From Candidatus Bathyarchaeota archaeon (GTDB taxonomy: Archaea; Thermoproteota; Bathyarchaeia; Hecatellales; Hecatellaceae), in NCBI GenBank assembly GCA_052246995.1, contig JBQPWD010000001.1, positions 245,574 through 309,573 of the forward strand: a stretch of DNA of 64,000 nucleotides, written 5' to 3'. The translations under genes were made by a program, and so were the position numbers. The notes beneath the pieces were generated by a model, which worked only from the letters and a program-made list of their open reading frames with translations, was not told where the DNA came from and searched no databases. Positions 1 to 10,329 of this stretch are shown in pieces. Each line of letters starts with the position of its first letter. Position 1 is the first letter of the stretch.

Positions 1-990
1 ACTAATTACTTCTAATGCACACCAGCATGGGTCATCAGGCTTAACCCTTGAAGCTTGACATATATCCGCCAAAACTCCTAGCGGAATTCCTCCGGGTTCG
101 TTTTGGCTTCTTATTCTACGCCAAGGCATTGGAGTTCCCATCTGGATTACTTCTGCATGTTTTGCTGCAAATGCAAATTCACCAACAGCAGCCTCACCAG
201 CCATTAAGCGGTAGGCATTTATCATGGACATGGATATCTGCATTGCAGCCCAACGGAACATTGTGCCACCGTCACACGTCATTGCAACCAACGTTGGCAT
301 CCTTAAAACTTGATATATTCTTTTACCAATTGCAGCCTTCAACTGTGCAGCTTGGTCTGCTGGAAACTCTTTGTTAATGTCTATCAAAAACCTTTTATCA
401 ATTTTATCAGCTAACTCGTCGTCACCAGTAAACACTTTCACGTATGAGTCACTTACAAGTCCAGGGTGAGTTTCAACCATATGCTCCTGAACAACAGCAG
501 CACCTGGTAAAGCATGGTTTAAAACTTCAAGATAATGATTTATGGTTTCTGGTGTAACTTCTTTTCCAAGCCTTCTTGTAAGAATCATATGGGCTGCATC
601 CAAACCAACTACAACAGTTCTTCTAATATCATGCCACATTTGATGCATTGCAGCATTATTAATAAAGTGTAAATCGTCAGGTTCACAGAAAATGTCTGTT
701 CCTGAAAGTTGATAGGGCATAAGAACTCTTTGACCAGGACCCTTACCTAAGTGAAGCTCCGGATTGTACATTGGTATTCCACGTTCCTTAACGACTTTTT
801 CACTATATTCATAAAACTCTCTTTTTCTCTTTGATTGCCTCCAACCACCGTAAATGTAGAATTTTGTTTTCTTCTCCTCTGGTGGCTCCTTAAACTTCTT
901 TGTTAATGCGTAATAGAACATTCTATCCTTTTCTATGGGTGTTGGGTATTCCTTTTTAGCTTTGGCTGGTTCTTTTTCTGGTTTTGCCAT
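1..990 (-). CDS. mcrA: Methyl-coenzyme M reductase alpha subunit, 5' part (truncated by the window edge; not in the ORF track)
   Basis: Manual translation from ATG at 990: MAKPEKEP...[11 protein letters not shown]...[33 protein letters not shown]...FTGDDELAD...AAKHA...NEPGGIP. Frame open to position 1. SD-like GGGGTGA upstream. Confidence 0.98.
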   Translation of the reverse strand, partial: MAKPEKEPAKAKKEYPTPIEKDRMFYYALTKKFKEPPEEKKTKFYIYGGWRQSKRKREFYEYSEKVVKERGIPMYNPELHLGKGPGQRVLMPYQLSGTDIFCEPDDLHFINNAAMHQMWHDIRRTVVVGLDAAHMILTRRLGKEVTPETINHYLEVLNHALPGAAVVQEHMVETHPGLVSDSYVKVFTGDDELADKIDKRFLIDINKEFPADQAAQLKAAIGKRIYQVLRMPTLVAMTCDGGTMFRWAAMQISMSMINAYRLMAGEAAVGEFAFAAKHAEVIQMGTPMPWRRIRSQNEPGGIPLGVLADICQASRVKPDDPCWCALEVIS

Positions 991-1042
991 AACTTTCACC
1001 CCTTTTCTTATTATAAATTATTTTTTTAATTTTAAATAAATT

Positions 1043-1825
1043 TTAAATTCCTTTAACCGCTTCAGGATTTGCTCCTGCAAGCGTTCTTAACCAATGAATC
1101 CTGTGGACAAGACCCATTACTTCGCTGTCAGTCTTCATTGAAACACCGTCAGCACGGAATTGTACAGTCATTTCTCTCAGCATACTTTCTGGAAGCGGCT
1201 TACCAATGGGTATAGGTTTATCTAATGGATTTCCAACCTGTGACTTCACATAAACCACGTTACCTGTTGCTTCATCGTATATGTAACGTCTTTGCATATC
1301 AAACATTAAGCCGTGTTCATCAAGTCTTAATGCATGTCCGTGAACAGTAGCTCCTCTCACACCGACTCTAGCAGGGTCGAAGAATTCGGTTTCAATAAGG
1401 TCTTTGCTAATTAGCTCAACGTCACGTTCCCTACCTTCTAATGGTGTTCGCCCTGATAAGGAACCTGGGTCTACTCCGCGGTAACGTGAATGATATATCC
1501 AACACCTTATAACTGGTGCTAAGGGGGCAAAGTATACAGAATCAGTAAACTGAATATATCTGATTCTATCCCCAGCTTTGGCACCTGGTGTTGGCTTAAC
1601 AATCTTCCTTACTGGGCATGGGGGTTCACCCATTTCATCAAGCGGTGGATGAACAGTTTTATAGGCTTCACCTGGAGCACGATGGTCTAACAGTCTAATA
1701 AGGTCTTCGTCGCTTATTGAACGAAGCTTTCTTAAGCTGTAGTTTGGATCTAGGTATTTACGTCTATTTTGTGCTGGCTTGCTTAAACCTGGATAATACT
1801 GGGGTTTGTATTCTGGTTTTGCCAT
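1043..1825 (-). CDS. mcrG: Methyl-coenzyme M reductase gamma subunit
   Basis: Motifs PQYYPG, HRAPGEAYKTVHPPLDEM, GAKAGDRIRYIQFTDS, LSGR, RGATVHGHALRLDE. Confidence 0.98.
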   Translation of the reverse strand: MAKPEYKPQYYPGLSKPAQNRRKYLDPNYSLRKLRSISDEDLIRLLDHRAPGEAYKTVHPPLDEMGEPPCPVRKIVKPTPGAKAGDRIRYIQFTDSVYFAPLAPVIRCWIYHSRYRGVDPGSLSGRTPLEGRERDVELISKDLIETEFFDPARVGVRGATVHGHALRLDEHGLMFDMQRRYIYDEATGNVVYVKSQVGNPLDKPIPIGKPLPESMLREMTVQFRADGVSMKTDSEVMGLVHRIHWLRTLAGANPEAVKGI

Positions 1826-3160
1826 TTAAACCACCCCCTTAATTTTACTTGCAGCTTCAGCAACATATTTTATTGGTTCCCTCAACTCAGGAATTTCGCT
1901 AAGAACTTCACCAACCACACCACTAGCTCTTACCGGGTCGTAGTACACGGTTCCGGCATCCAAAGCTACAGCTGCTGCAACACAAGGTATGCAAAAGCCT
2001 TTGCTGTGCCTAGTAACTATATGGTTTCCATGGAAAACTCCAGGATTGCCTCCACCATAGATTGAGTGGCTGAAGAATGACATTTCAATACCTGTACCTT
2101 CTACCTTTCCAAAATCCACACCTGGAAGTCCAGTTTCATGTTCGATCAAATCGTTAAAGTATACAAGAACGGATGTAACATGTTGCATAGCTCTTGCGGC
2201 ACCACAAGTTACCATGGTGCCTGCTAGTAAACCTGAAGCCGCGTACGCATTCCACTTTGGAAGGTCATCGGTTGTGTAAAGAATGAAACCTGAAGGTAGC
2301 TTAGAGAGGGCTCTAATTACCCCATCCTCGTAAGCCTTTTTAGCCGTAGACCTTACCACATCACCTAGTGTTCCATTTTCACCATTTTCTTTGACAAGTG
2401 TGTATGTAAGGTTGTTTGCGTTTAAACCTTGATAGGCAAGACCTAATAGGTGAAGTCTCTCAAATGGTCCTATTGCGTCACCCATTTCGTACATGGCTGT
2501 TTGCTCAAGGATTGCGGCTAGTGCAGCTGCGTTCATAGCATTTTTTCTTGTTATTATGGCTATATGGTAGCAGGGGATGTTTCGTAAGGCATACCCCATA
2601 CCCTCATTTTGCTGGGGTACTGCCAAAAGTGATGCTATATAGCTACCCATCGGATCCATCGTCTGGGGATATCTTCCCCATACCGCTGCATGAATCATGT
2701 CGTAATTCCATATGTCCACATTAAAAGTTTCGATAAGGGTCCAGCATAAAGCAGAAGCAACACTGGTGAAACCAGTGGTATATTCCACACCAGCATCAAT
2801 TCTGGCAGTAGGTGCCATTACAAGCAGATATTCACCATTTCTGAGAATTTTAACTTCAGTATCATCATCTGGCTTAACACGAAGATATTTTGTCAACTTG
2901 TCGGCAATAGCGTTTGCATTTTTAACAATATCAAGTTTTAATTCTCGTCCACGAATGATACAACCCTCACCACCAACAGCCCCTCGCGCTAAACCTCTTT
3001 CAAGACCTGCTAGGTTTACTGCAACTGCACGTTTAAGCGTAGAAACTATTTTTTTAATAGCGGGATTGAATATCGGACTGACAGCCTCTACAGGAATGTT
3101 CTTATCAACAAGCTTTCCAGAATCGTCGTAGAGATCTATCTTATCTGGATACTTGGGCAT
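1826..3160 (-). CDS. mcrB: Methyl-coenzyme M reductase beta subunit
   Basis: Motifs [62 protein letters not shown]. Confidence 0.98.
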   Translation of the reverse strand: [444 protein letters not shown]

Positions 3161-3213
3161 GCTCCCACCCGTTTACAAGCTTAGTTTACGTCAAGTATTT
3201 TTTTATGGATTTT

Positions 3214-3230
3214 ACTTTTATATTTTTCCA
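3214..3230 (-). promoter_or_regulatory. Putative BRE-TATA promoter of mcrBGA
   Basis: Minus strand reads GGAAAAATATAAAAGT about 55 nt upstream of the mcrB ATG; SD-like GGGTGGGAG directly before the ATG. Confidence 0.45.
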
Positions 3231-3446
3231 TTTTTTGAGTAGCTTAACTTGGGTAGAACTTAATTTTTTCTATATTTTTAGAGGAGAATACTAAACCATG
3301 AAATCACGATTAAAAATCTGATTTTTAAAATAAAAACGGAAACGTAAACACCAAAACTTCTTTCCGGATCCTAAAAATTAAAAAACATTTTAGCAATAAG
3401 TAGTACTCCCTAGCCAGTAAGGTCTCCATTTACAACTTACCTACGT

Positions 3447-3944
3447 TTACCATGTCTCTTCTATTTTCATGATTAACCGTTCTAATGCTTTTTCTAATGC
3501 TTCTTTTTCAGGTTTTATGATTACCACTGGAATATCCACTATCTTACCAAGTAAAGGTGCTAGAATAGGAGCACATATAATACCTGCAGCACCACTTTTT
3601 TCAGCTTTAACGGCGGAAGTAATACATTCATCTATAGAATCGCAGGGGTACTCTCTCACCTTATAAGTTTTTCCTTTAATCTTCACCTCTTTAATGCCTA
3701 ACTCATCAAGTAAAAACTTAGCTGCAATAATTGCAATAAAAGAGCGATCTTCAAACTCTAAAGCCTTTAATATTTTTCCAACAGTGGAAATTTGAGGGTC
3801 TCTTTTTCCAGATAAAACCTTGTAAAGGGTGGAAAGTGGTATTTTTGCTTTTTCTGACAACTCCCTAACACTCATCCCCCTACGTTCAAGCTCCTCTTTT
3901 ACCGCTTTTTCCAAACCTAATTTAAATATTTTTTCGGCTAACAT
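3447..3944 (-). CDS. XRE/Cro-type HTH transcriptional regulator with a methanogen-type C-terminal domain
   Basis: N-terminal HTH (SVRELSEKAKIPLSTLYKVLSGKRDP); C-terminal AVKAEKSGAAGIICAPI. Confidence 0.8.
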   Translation of the reverse strand: MLAEKIFKLGLEKAVKEELERRGMSVRELSEKAKIPLSTLYKVLSGKRDPQISTVGKILKALEFEDRSFIAIIAAKFLLDELGIKEVKIKGKTYKVREYPCDSIDECITSAVKAEKSGAAGIICAPILAPLLGKIVDIPVVIIKPEKEALEKALERLIMKIEETW

Positions 3945-4073
3945 TAATGGTACTATTGTGCAATTTATGTTATAAATATTTTCCTTTAGAGGTAAACCAA
4001 GATAACTTAAAAGGAAAACTTTTATTCCAGGACCCTAAATATTCCTTAACCTGCACATTAAGGGGAAGCTGGC

Positions 4074-5117
4074 ATGAAAAGGTTACTAGGTTTGGTTGTT
4101 ATCATAGTGATCGTAGTGGTTCTAGCTGCAGGAGTTTATACGTACATGTTTTCACCATCAAAGCCTGAACTTAGCGTTCTAAGAATAGGCTACCAACCAA
4201 GTTGGCATCATACCTCCGAATTTGTAATGGTGGAGAAGGGATGGTTTGAAAAGGTAACAGGGCTAAAACTTGAAGAAAAATGTTTTCCCACAGGTCCACC
4301 GGAAATGGAAGCCTTCATAGCTGGAGAGCTAGACATTGCTTATGTAGGTGCAACACCACCGCTTACCGCCTTGGCTAAAGGTTTGAAGGCAAAAATAGTC
4401 GCTATAGCTAATACTGAGGGTTCTGCTCTGGTTGTTAGACCGGACTTTAGCTATACAGGGCCTACATCACTTAAGGGTGCAAAGATAGGATGTTATCCTC
4501 CAGGTTCTATCCAAGACACCATACTTAAACACTGGTTGGAGAAGCATAATATAAACCCTGGTGATGTTAAAATAATCGCGATGGGCCCTACAGAACAGCT
4601 TGAAGCGTTGAGGGCCGGAGCTCTTGATGGAATTTTTGCTCCCGACCCCACACCCTACATGGCTGTTGTTGGAGGTTATGGTAAGATAGTTGCATATTCT
4701 TCCGAGATGTGGCCTCACCATCCATGCTGTGTTCTTTTAATGTCTGAGAACCTAATTAACAATCATCGAGAAACAGCTGTAAAATTTCTGGCTATTCACA
4801 TCATAACCCAAGAATACATTTCAAATCCGGAAAACAAGGCTGATGTAGTTAAAATTATCATAAAAAGGCTTGACATACCTAAAGAGGTGGCTGAAATGTT
4901 TCCTGGTGCTACAAAGTTTGAGGTAGATCCATTCAATCCACAGTGGTTGGAGGGTATTGATGCTATGTGCAAAGTTCAGTATGACTTGGAATACACAAAA
5001 ACCGCTGAAGGAAAACTTGTACTGCTGAAGTCCTCCGATATAGTCTACACAGAACTTTATACTGAAGCTTTAAAACTGGTTCCGGAGCTAAAGAAAGAGT
5101 TGGGGTTGAGTACTTAA
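4074..5117 (+). CDS. NitT/TauT/SsuA-family ABC transporter substrate-binding protein
   Basis: N-terminal TM anchor; LRIGYQPSWHH, FPTGPPEMEAFIAGELDIAYVG, PPGSIQD, HPCC. Confidence 0.9.
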   Translation: MKRLLGLVVIIVIVVVLAAGVYTYMFSPSKPELSVLRIGYQPSWHHTSEFVMVEKGWFEKVTGLKLEEKCFPTGPPEMEAFIAGELDIAYVGATPPLTALAKGLKAKIVAIANTEGSALVVRPDFSYTGPTSLKGAKIGCYPPGSIQDTILKHWLEKHNINPGDVKIIAMGPTEQLEALRAGALDGIFAPDPTPYMAVVGGYGKIVAYSSEMWPHHPCCVLLMSENLINNHRETAVKFLAIHIITQEYISNPENKADVVKIIIKRLDIPKEVAEMFPGATKFEVDPFNPQWLEGIDAMCKVQYDLEYTKTAEGKLVLLKSSDIVYTELYTEALKLVPELKKELGLST

Positions 5118-5119
5118 CC

Positions 5120-5899
5120 ATGAAGAGGGACACTGTGTATACAATACTTTCCATACCTATTTTTTTACTTGCTTGGGAACTTTTTTATCATATATTTATA
5201 CGTAGCCCCCTTTTACTAGCCCCTCCCTCCAAAGTTTTACCCACCTTGCTTGACCTTCTTGCAGGTCATAATCTTCGCTTTTATATGCCACTGGACTTGG
5301 CTTACAGCCTCTTTCATTATGCTTACGGTTTTGGCATAGCCTTTCTTGCAGGCTTTAGTTTGGGTATAATTATAGGTTGGTTTAGGTCTGTTGATAGATT
5401 TCTTTACCCAGTTATTGAACTAATTAGACCTATTCCTCCTATAGCTTGGATACCCATAACCATTTTACTTTTAAAGCTAACACACACTGCGGCAGCATAC
5501 ATAATCTTCATAGGCTCATTTTTCCCTGTTTTGCTCAACACCCAGCATGGTGTTAGGTCTGTGGAGAGAGGTTATATTGAAGCCGCCATGACGCTTGGCG
5601 CTACGGATACCCTCACTCTTATGCGTAAGGTTATCATTCCTTCGGCAATGGGGTCCATACTTACTGGTGTAAGAGTAGGGTCAGGAGTGGCATGGATGTG
5701 TGTTGTAGCGGCTGAACTTTTTGGAGTTGCTCCTTATGGACTTGGCTATCAAATAGAAATGGCAAGACTTTACCATACACCTGAAGTAGTTATTGCTTAT
5801 ATGTTAATTATTGGAATACTTGGGTTATTATTAGACCGTGGATATAAACTTGTTGAGAAAAGAATGTTAGTCTGGAGGTCGGGATTTGTCGCTGTTTAA
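5120..5899 (+). CDS. NitT/TauT-family ABC transporter permease
   Basis: Multi-TM; [13 protein letters not shown] loop (IEAAMTLGA), VVAAE. Confidence 0.92.
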   Translation: MKRDTVYTILSIPIFLLAWELFYHIFIRSPLLLAPPSKVLPTLLDLLAGHNLRFYMPLDLAYSLFHYAYGFGIAFLAGFSLGIIIGWFRSVDRFLYPVIELIRPIPPIAWIPITILLLKLTHTAAAYIIFIGSFFPVLLNTQHGVRSVERGYIEAAMTLGATDTLTLMRKVIIPSAMGSILTGVRVGSGVAWMCVVAAELFGVAPYGLGYQIEMARLYHTPEVVIAYMLIIGILGLLLDRGYKLVEKRMLVWRSGFVAV

Positions 5900-6653
5900 C
5901 AGACCGTTGCTAGAAATAAGAAACTTAAGAAAAGAGTTTGATGGAAAACCCCCGGTAGAGGTCATAAACAGAATAAACTTAACTATTTATGAAGGAGAAA
6001 TCCTATGCATTCTAGGTCCAAGTGGATGTGGTAAAACTACGTTACTACGCATTATCGCAGGACTGGAAAAACCCACTTCTGGTGAGGTTTTACTTGATGG
6101 GGAAGTTGTAACAAAACCAGGTTCAGACAGGGTTATGGTGTTTCAAGAGTATGCTCTTTTTCCTTGGAGAACTGCTTTAGGAAATGTGTGCTTTAGTTTA
6201 GAACTAAAAAAGCTTCCTAAAGAAGAAGTGCTGGAAAAGGGACGAAAATATTTAAAGCTTGTTGGATTAGACGGTTTTGAAAACAGGTACCCTCATCAAC
6301 TTTCAGGTGGGATGAGGCAAAGAGTTGCTATTGCAAGAGCTTTAGCCTGTGAACCTAAAATATTGCTTATGGATGAGCCCTTTGGATCTCTTGACGCCCA
6401 AACTAGAAACTTAATGCAAGATGAACTTTTAAGAATCTGGGAAAAAACGGGTAAAACAATTATTTTTGTAACGCATAATGTTGAAGAGGCTGTTTATCTA
6501 GGGGATAGAATAACCATTCTAACTTCAAGACCAGCCAAAATCAAGAGTATGATTGAAGTACCCTTTAAAAAGCCTAGGGATAGGCTCAACTTCGAATTTG
6601 TAAAGCTGAGAGGGGAAATCTTAAAACTTTTAAGAGAAGAAATAATATTGTAA
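5886..6653 (+). CDS. NitT/TauT-family ABC transporter ATPase
   Basis: [34 protein letters not shown]. Confidence 0.95.
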   Translation: MSLFNRPLLEIRNLRKEFDGKPPVEVINRINLTIYEGEILCILGPSGCGKTTLLRIIAGLEKPTSGEVLLDGEVVTKPGSDRVMVFQEYALFPWRTALGNVCFSLELKKLPKEEVLEKGRKYLKLVGLDGFENRYPHQLSGGMRQRVAIARALACEPKILLMDEPFGSLDAQTRNLMQDELLRIWEKTGKTIIFVTHNVEEAVYLGDRITILTSRPAKIKSMIEVPFKKPRDRLNFEFVKLRGEILKLLREEIIL

Positions 6654-7108
6654 AGTCTTCAACATCAACCAAACAGGTTTTTAACAGTTTTCTTGTTTCT
6701 ATCTCCTACAAACCGTTGTTGAATGGTTGACCTTTTATTGTTATCATCCTGTTTTTTCCTTAAAAGTTTTACATTCTCAAGCTGTTAGCCACGGTTATTT
6801 TAAGACCTTAGTTCTTTAAGTCTGGAGATATAACAAAAACCTATAAAAGACTACTTAAAAAGAGTTGGTTGCAAAATAAAAATCCCGTAAAAATGGAATT
6901 GAAGGTTTAAAACTCGAAAACTTAGTGGAAATCTGGAAAATTGGAAATTTGGGAATAAATGACTATCACTTCTGAAGAAAAGCCTAAAACACCACAATTT
7001 TAACACTCTAGGACTTAACAGAACCTCCCTGAAACTGTTATCCCCAACAAAACTTAAGCAAAAGGTAACTAAACCACAAAGCTTAAAAAGTTTTCAACTT
7101 TTGTAAAG

Positions 7109-7984
7109 TTGATTTATATGAAAAAAGAAACTTGGGATAAAGTTGGAAGTAAATTTGCACATTTAACCTCAATCCATCCATGCTACAGTCATGAAGCACA
7201 CTTTAAATATGCAAGAATCCATTTGCCAGTAGCCCCAAAATGTAATATTCAGTGTGGTTACTGTGTAAGGAAAATAGATAAGTGCGAGTATCGTCCTGGA
7301 GTTTCGGGATGTATAGTTAACGCGGAAGAAGCTTTAAAACGTGTTGAAGAAGCCAGAAAAAACTATCCATTAAAGGTTGTTGGGATTGCAGGTCCAGGCG
7401 AAGTTCTTGCAAATGAAGAATCTTTTAAAACTTTGAATCTTGTTCGTCAAAAATACCCTGAACTTACACTTTGTATTGCAACCAATGGACTTCTTCTTAC
7501 AGATTACATGGAAGAGTTAAGGAGGTTGAAGGTTAAAGCTGTAACAGTAACAGTAAATGCAATAAATCCTGAAGTTGGAGCAAAAATATATGAGTGGATT
7601 GAGTATAACGGTAAAAGGTTAAGTGGTGTTGAAGGTGCGGATTTTCTAATCAAAAAGCAGCTTGAGGGTGTTAAGGTTTCAGCCGATGCAGGTATTGCTG
7701 TCAAAATAAATACTGTTCTCATACCTGGTATAAATGAGGATGAGGTAGAAAAAATCGCATTTGAAGCAAAAAAAAGAGGGGCTTTTATAATGAATATCAT
7801 GCCACTTATACCACTTTACAGGTTTAAGGATTGGAGAAGACCATCTTGTGATGAACTTAACAACGCTAGGCAAAAAGCTTCAAAACATATCAGAATTTTT
7901 ACACTTTGTAGGCAGTGTAGAGCAGATGCTGTTGGAATACCTGGAAAGGAAAAATTAGTAGATACTACATACTTCCACGGTTAG
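7109..7984 (+). CDS. nifB: Stand-alone (archaeal-type) NifB radical SAM protein
   Basis: HPC motif, RIHLPVAPKCNIQCGYC, GIAGPGE, ATNG, C-terminal CRQCRADAVG; no NifX domain. Confidence 0.88.
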   Translation: MIYMKKETWDKVGSKFAHLTSIHPCYSHEAHFKYARIHLPVAPKCNIQCGYCVRKIDKCEYRPGVSGCIVNAEEALKRVEEARKNYPLKVVGIAGPGEVLANEESFKTLNLVRQKYPELTLCIATNGLLLTDYMEELRRLKVKAVTVTVNAINPEVGAKIYEWIEYNGKRLSGVEGADFLIKKQLEGVKVSADAGIAVKINTVLIPGINEDEVEKIAFEAKKRGAFIMNIMPLIPLYRFKDWRRPSCDELNNARQKASKHIRIFTLCRQCRADAVGIPGKEKLVDTTYFHG

Positions 7985-8095
7985 GACTTACATAGCTAAA
8001 GTCTGAAAGCTTTTGTTTTTGCAAATTTTTTTGTGAATATCGAGCTATTAAAATTTGTGGGCAGACCTAAAATTTTTCTAAAGTATTCAAATATT

Positions 8096-8638
8096 TTAAT
8101 AGGAAATTTTCTGAACATCTACAGACTCTATGGTTACATCTATAAGGTAGTTAAATCCTATTTTGGTAGTCCATCCAGCTTTATCAAGAACACCCATAAA
8201 TGAAAAACCAACAATTGATGTATCTTTTTCAGCTATTTCTGAGATTAGCCTTTTTACGTCTTCAACACTAACAGGAGAACCTGGCATTGCAAGACCGCCA
8301 AGAACAACTATAACTTTAACCCTTCCTATGCTTACTTTCTCAGAAATTTGAAAACCATACCCATCAACAAACTTTAACTTTACCGCTGTCTCCTTCAAAC
8401 AATTGGGTATAAAGTATAATTCTAAGTTTAAATCTCTCACAGCATATGCTAAAAGTTCAGCAAACGGAAGACATGTACCTGGTGAACCAGTAAAAGCAAT
8501 CTTACTTCCAGAGGAAATGTTCAACTCTTCAGTTAAAATTTTCTTAAAACTTCTATTTAACCCAACAACACCCTTACCCTGAAATATTGAAAGTCTTTTA
8601 AAAGAGCTTGTGCTATGCTGTTGACTCATATGCCTCAT
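8096..8638 (-). CDS. DUF2124 family protein (methanogen-associated)
   Basis: GSPGTCLPFAELLAYAVR and LGGLAMP motifs. Confidence 0.8.
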   Translation of the reverse strand: MRHMSQQHSTSSFKRLSIFQGKGVVGLNRSFKKILTEELNISSGSKIAFTGSPGTCLPFAELLAYAVRDLNLELYFIPNCLKETAVKLKFVDGYGFQISEKVSIGRVKVIVVLGGLAMPGSPVSVEDVKRLISEIAEKDTSIVGFSFMGVLDKAGWTTKIGFNYLIDVTIESVDVQKISY

Positions 8639-9086
8639 AGTAATGCTTACAAAACCATGCTTAAAAAATTTTAGTAAAAACTAGGTTACAAGATTACAAG
8701 CATACAAATTTCCTAATTTCTTAACCATCCTAGCCAAAGTGCACCTAACTTATCGCTTTAAAATATCTCCTAGTAGCCGAAACAGAATATAACAAGGTAG
8801 ATGAATTAACTTGGTTTTTTGCTTTCTGGACGATTTTTACAACTACAATCCCATTTTACTGAATTTTTCTGCAACGAACGAAACAAATGTTTTTCAAAAT
8901 CAAAGATGAGGTTTCAATGTAGACTGTGCTTTTACCCTCTCAGCCATGTTATCCAAGAAACCCTTCCAACGTTCAACTTTTGAAAGATTATCAGAGTTAA
9001 GCTTGGAAAACTTGTGGAAAAAGATAAAATACAAAAGATAAAATACTGTAAAAGGACAACTATTAGCAAGTTTAGGGTGTGAACTG

Positions 9087-10169
9087 ATGCGTGTTGCTGT
9101 AGTATTTCACATGCCAGAAATATTTGATACTGGTTGGGCTGATAAAATCCTTAAGGCTTTAAAGGATAAAAATTTTGAAGTTTTAGCCCTAACTTACGGT
9201 ACTATGGGTAGAACTGCTTTAATTGATAACTTTATGGAGGATAAGGTTAAGTACGAGGAAAGAAAGCCAGTTGAATTTTTACCTGAAGTTTCAAGTAAGG
9301 TTGACGTAGTAATTATTGCTACTCATACATTCTCACTTAAAAAAAGTCATGCAAATTGTTGGCATTTAATTAAAAACTCAAATCTGGAAAACGTTGTTGA
9401 AGTGGAAACAAATAGTGGTGTCGTGGCAAGCTGGAGTTCTAAGCTTGATAAGTTAGCTAAGATACTTTCAGAAAGCTTAGGCTTAAAGCTTGTTGAACCC
9501 CCAAAATTTCCCTCTCAAACAATTTGGAGCAAAAACGGAAAAAAATTTCGCCGTGTTTTAGGGGTTGACGTTGGAGATTATGTGATGGTTAACAAGATTG
9601 TAGTTGGTGAAGCAGTATCAGAAGATGTTGTAATTGTTGAGGAAAATGGTTTTATTACGGATGTTTTAGGTGTGAAACTTAAAAAAAATAGCCTTAGTAA
9701 GCTGAATAAGCTTGGAAAGATGGACGTTGAGAAGGTAAGTGTTGATACTAGAAGAAATCTAAGATTTACCTATAAAACTCCCCGACTTATTAATACGCGG
9801 GAAAAAAGAAAAGGAGTTTTCTTTTTAAACCATAATGCTTACAAAATTTACAATTTTGTACACGGAGTGGAAGGCGTGGTTGTTGTTGGTGATGACACAA
9901 CAATGATTGCCATGGACATCCTATACAGATTTCAAATACCTGCTTTAGGGATTGTTGACGCAGACCCTGATAAACTTTTAGAGAACATTTTAATACCAAA
10001 AAATTCTGCAATAATTACAGTTAAAGATGATGACACCGCTGGTGAAAAAATTTTTGAAGAGATATTTGGTGGAAAAGATACAATCTTAAAAAGCTTTAAC
10101 CACGTAAAAGACGAAATCATTAAAAAACTGTCTAGCCTTAACCTACTTTTAAGCGTTAAAGAATTTTAG
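9087..10169 (+). CDS. DUF2117 family protein (methanogen-associated)
   Basis: H-x-PEIFD-x-G, GTMGRTALID, VGDDT, GIVDAD motifs. Confidence 0.8.
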   Translation: MRVAVVFHMPEIFDTGWADKILKALKDKNFEVLALTYGTMGRTALIDNFMEDKVKYEERKPVEFLPEVSSKVDVVIIATHTFSLKKSHANCWHLIKNSNLENVVEVETNSGVVASWSSKLDKLAKILSESLGLKLVEPPKFPSQTIWSKNGKKFRRVLGVDVGDYVMVNKIVVGEAVSEDVVIVEENGFITDVLGVKLKKNSLSKLNKLGKMDVEKVSVDTRRNLRFTYKTPRLINTREKRKGVFFLNHNAYKIYNFVHGVEGVVVVGDDTTMIAMDILYRFQIPALGIVDADPDKLLENILIPKNSAIITVKDDDTAGEKIFEEIFGGKDTILKSFNHVKDEIIKKLSSLNLLLSVKEF

Positions 10170-10329
10170 GTTTATTAAATTAAATTCTCCTCTTATTGGC
10201 TTATTCTAGGTACCATTTTTTGTTTCTACTTCTTTTTACTCACTATACTGCACAAAAAAATTGTTTAAACGTTTTTAAGATACCTTTTACCACAAAATTC
10301 TACAAAATCGCTTTGAACTTGAAACAGGT

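Noticed and set aside
48-377. 109-aa plus-strand ORF from the ORF track
   Set aside because: Antisense shadow of mcrA, which is clearly encoded on the minus strand
991-1042. AT-rich mcrG-mcrA spacer containing TTTATAAT, as a possible internal promoter
   Set aside because: TATA-like words are expected in such AT-rich sequence, and a good SD precedes mcrA, consistent with polycistronic translation
2712-3131. 139-aa plus-strand ORF, and similar long antisense ORFs at 22175-22582, 23439-24002, 29020-29502 and 51273-51767
   Set aside because: Each lies fully opposite a well-supported gene, is Ser/Thr/Pro-rich and shows no recognisable motif
6925-6960. Short imperfect repeats (GGAAATCT/GGAAAATT/GGAAATTT/GGGAAT)
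   Set aside because: Too short and degenerate, with no spacers; not a CRISPR array, and no function can be supported
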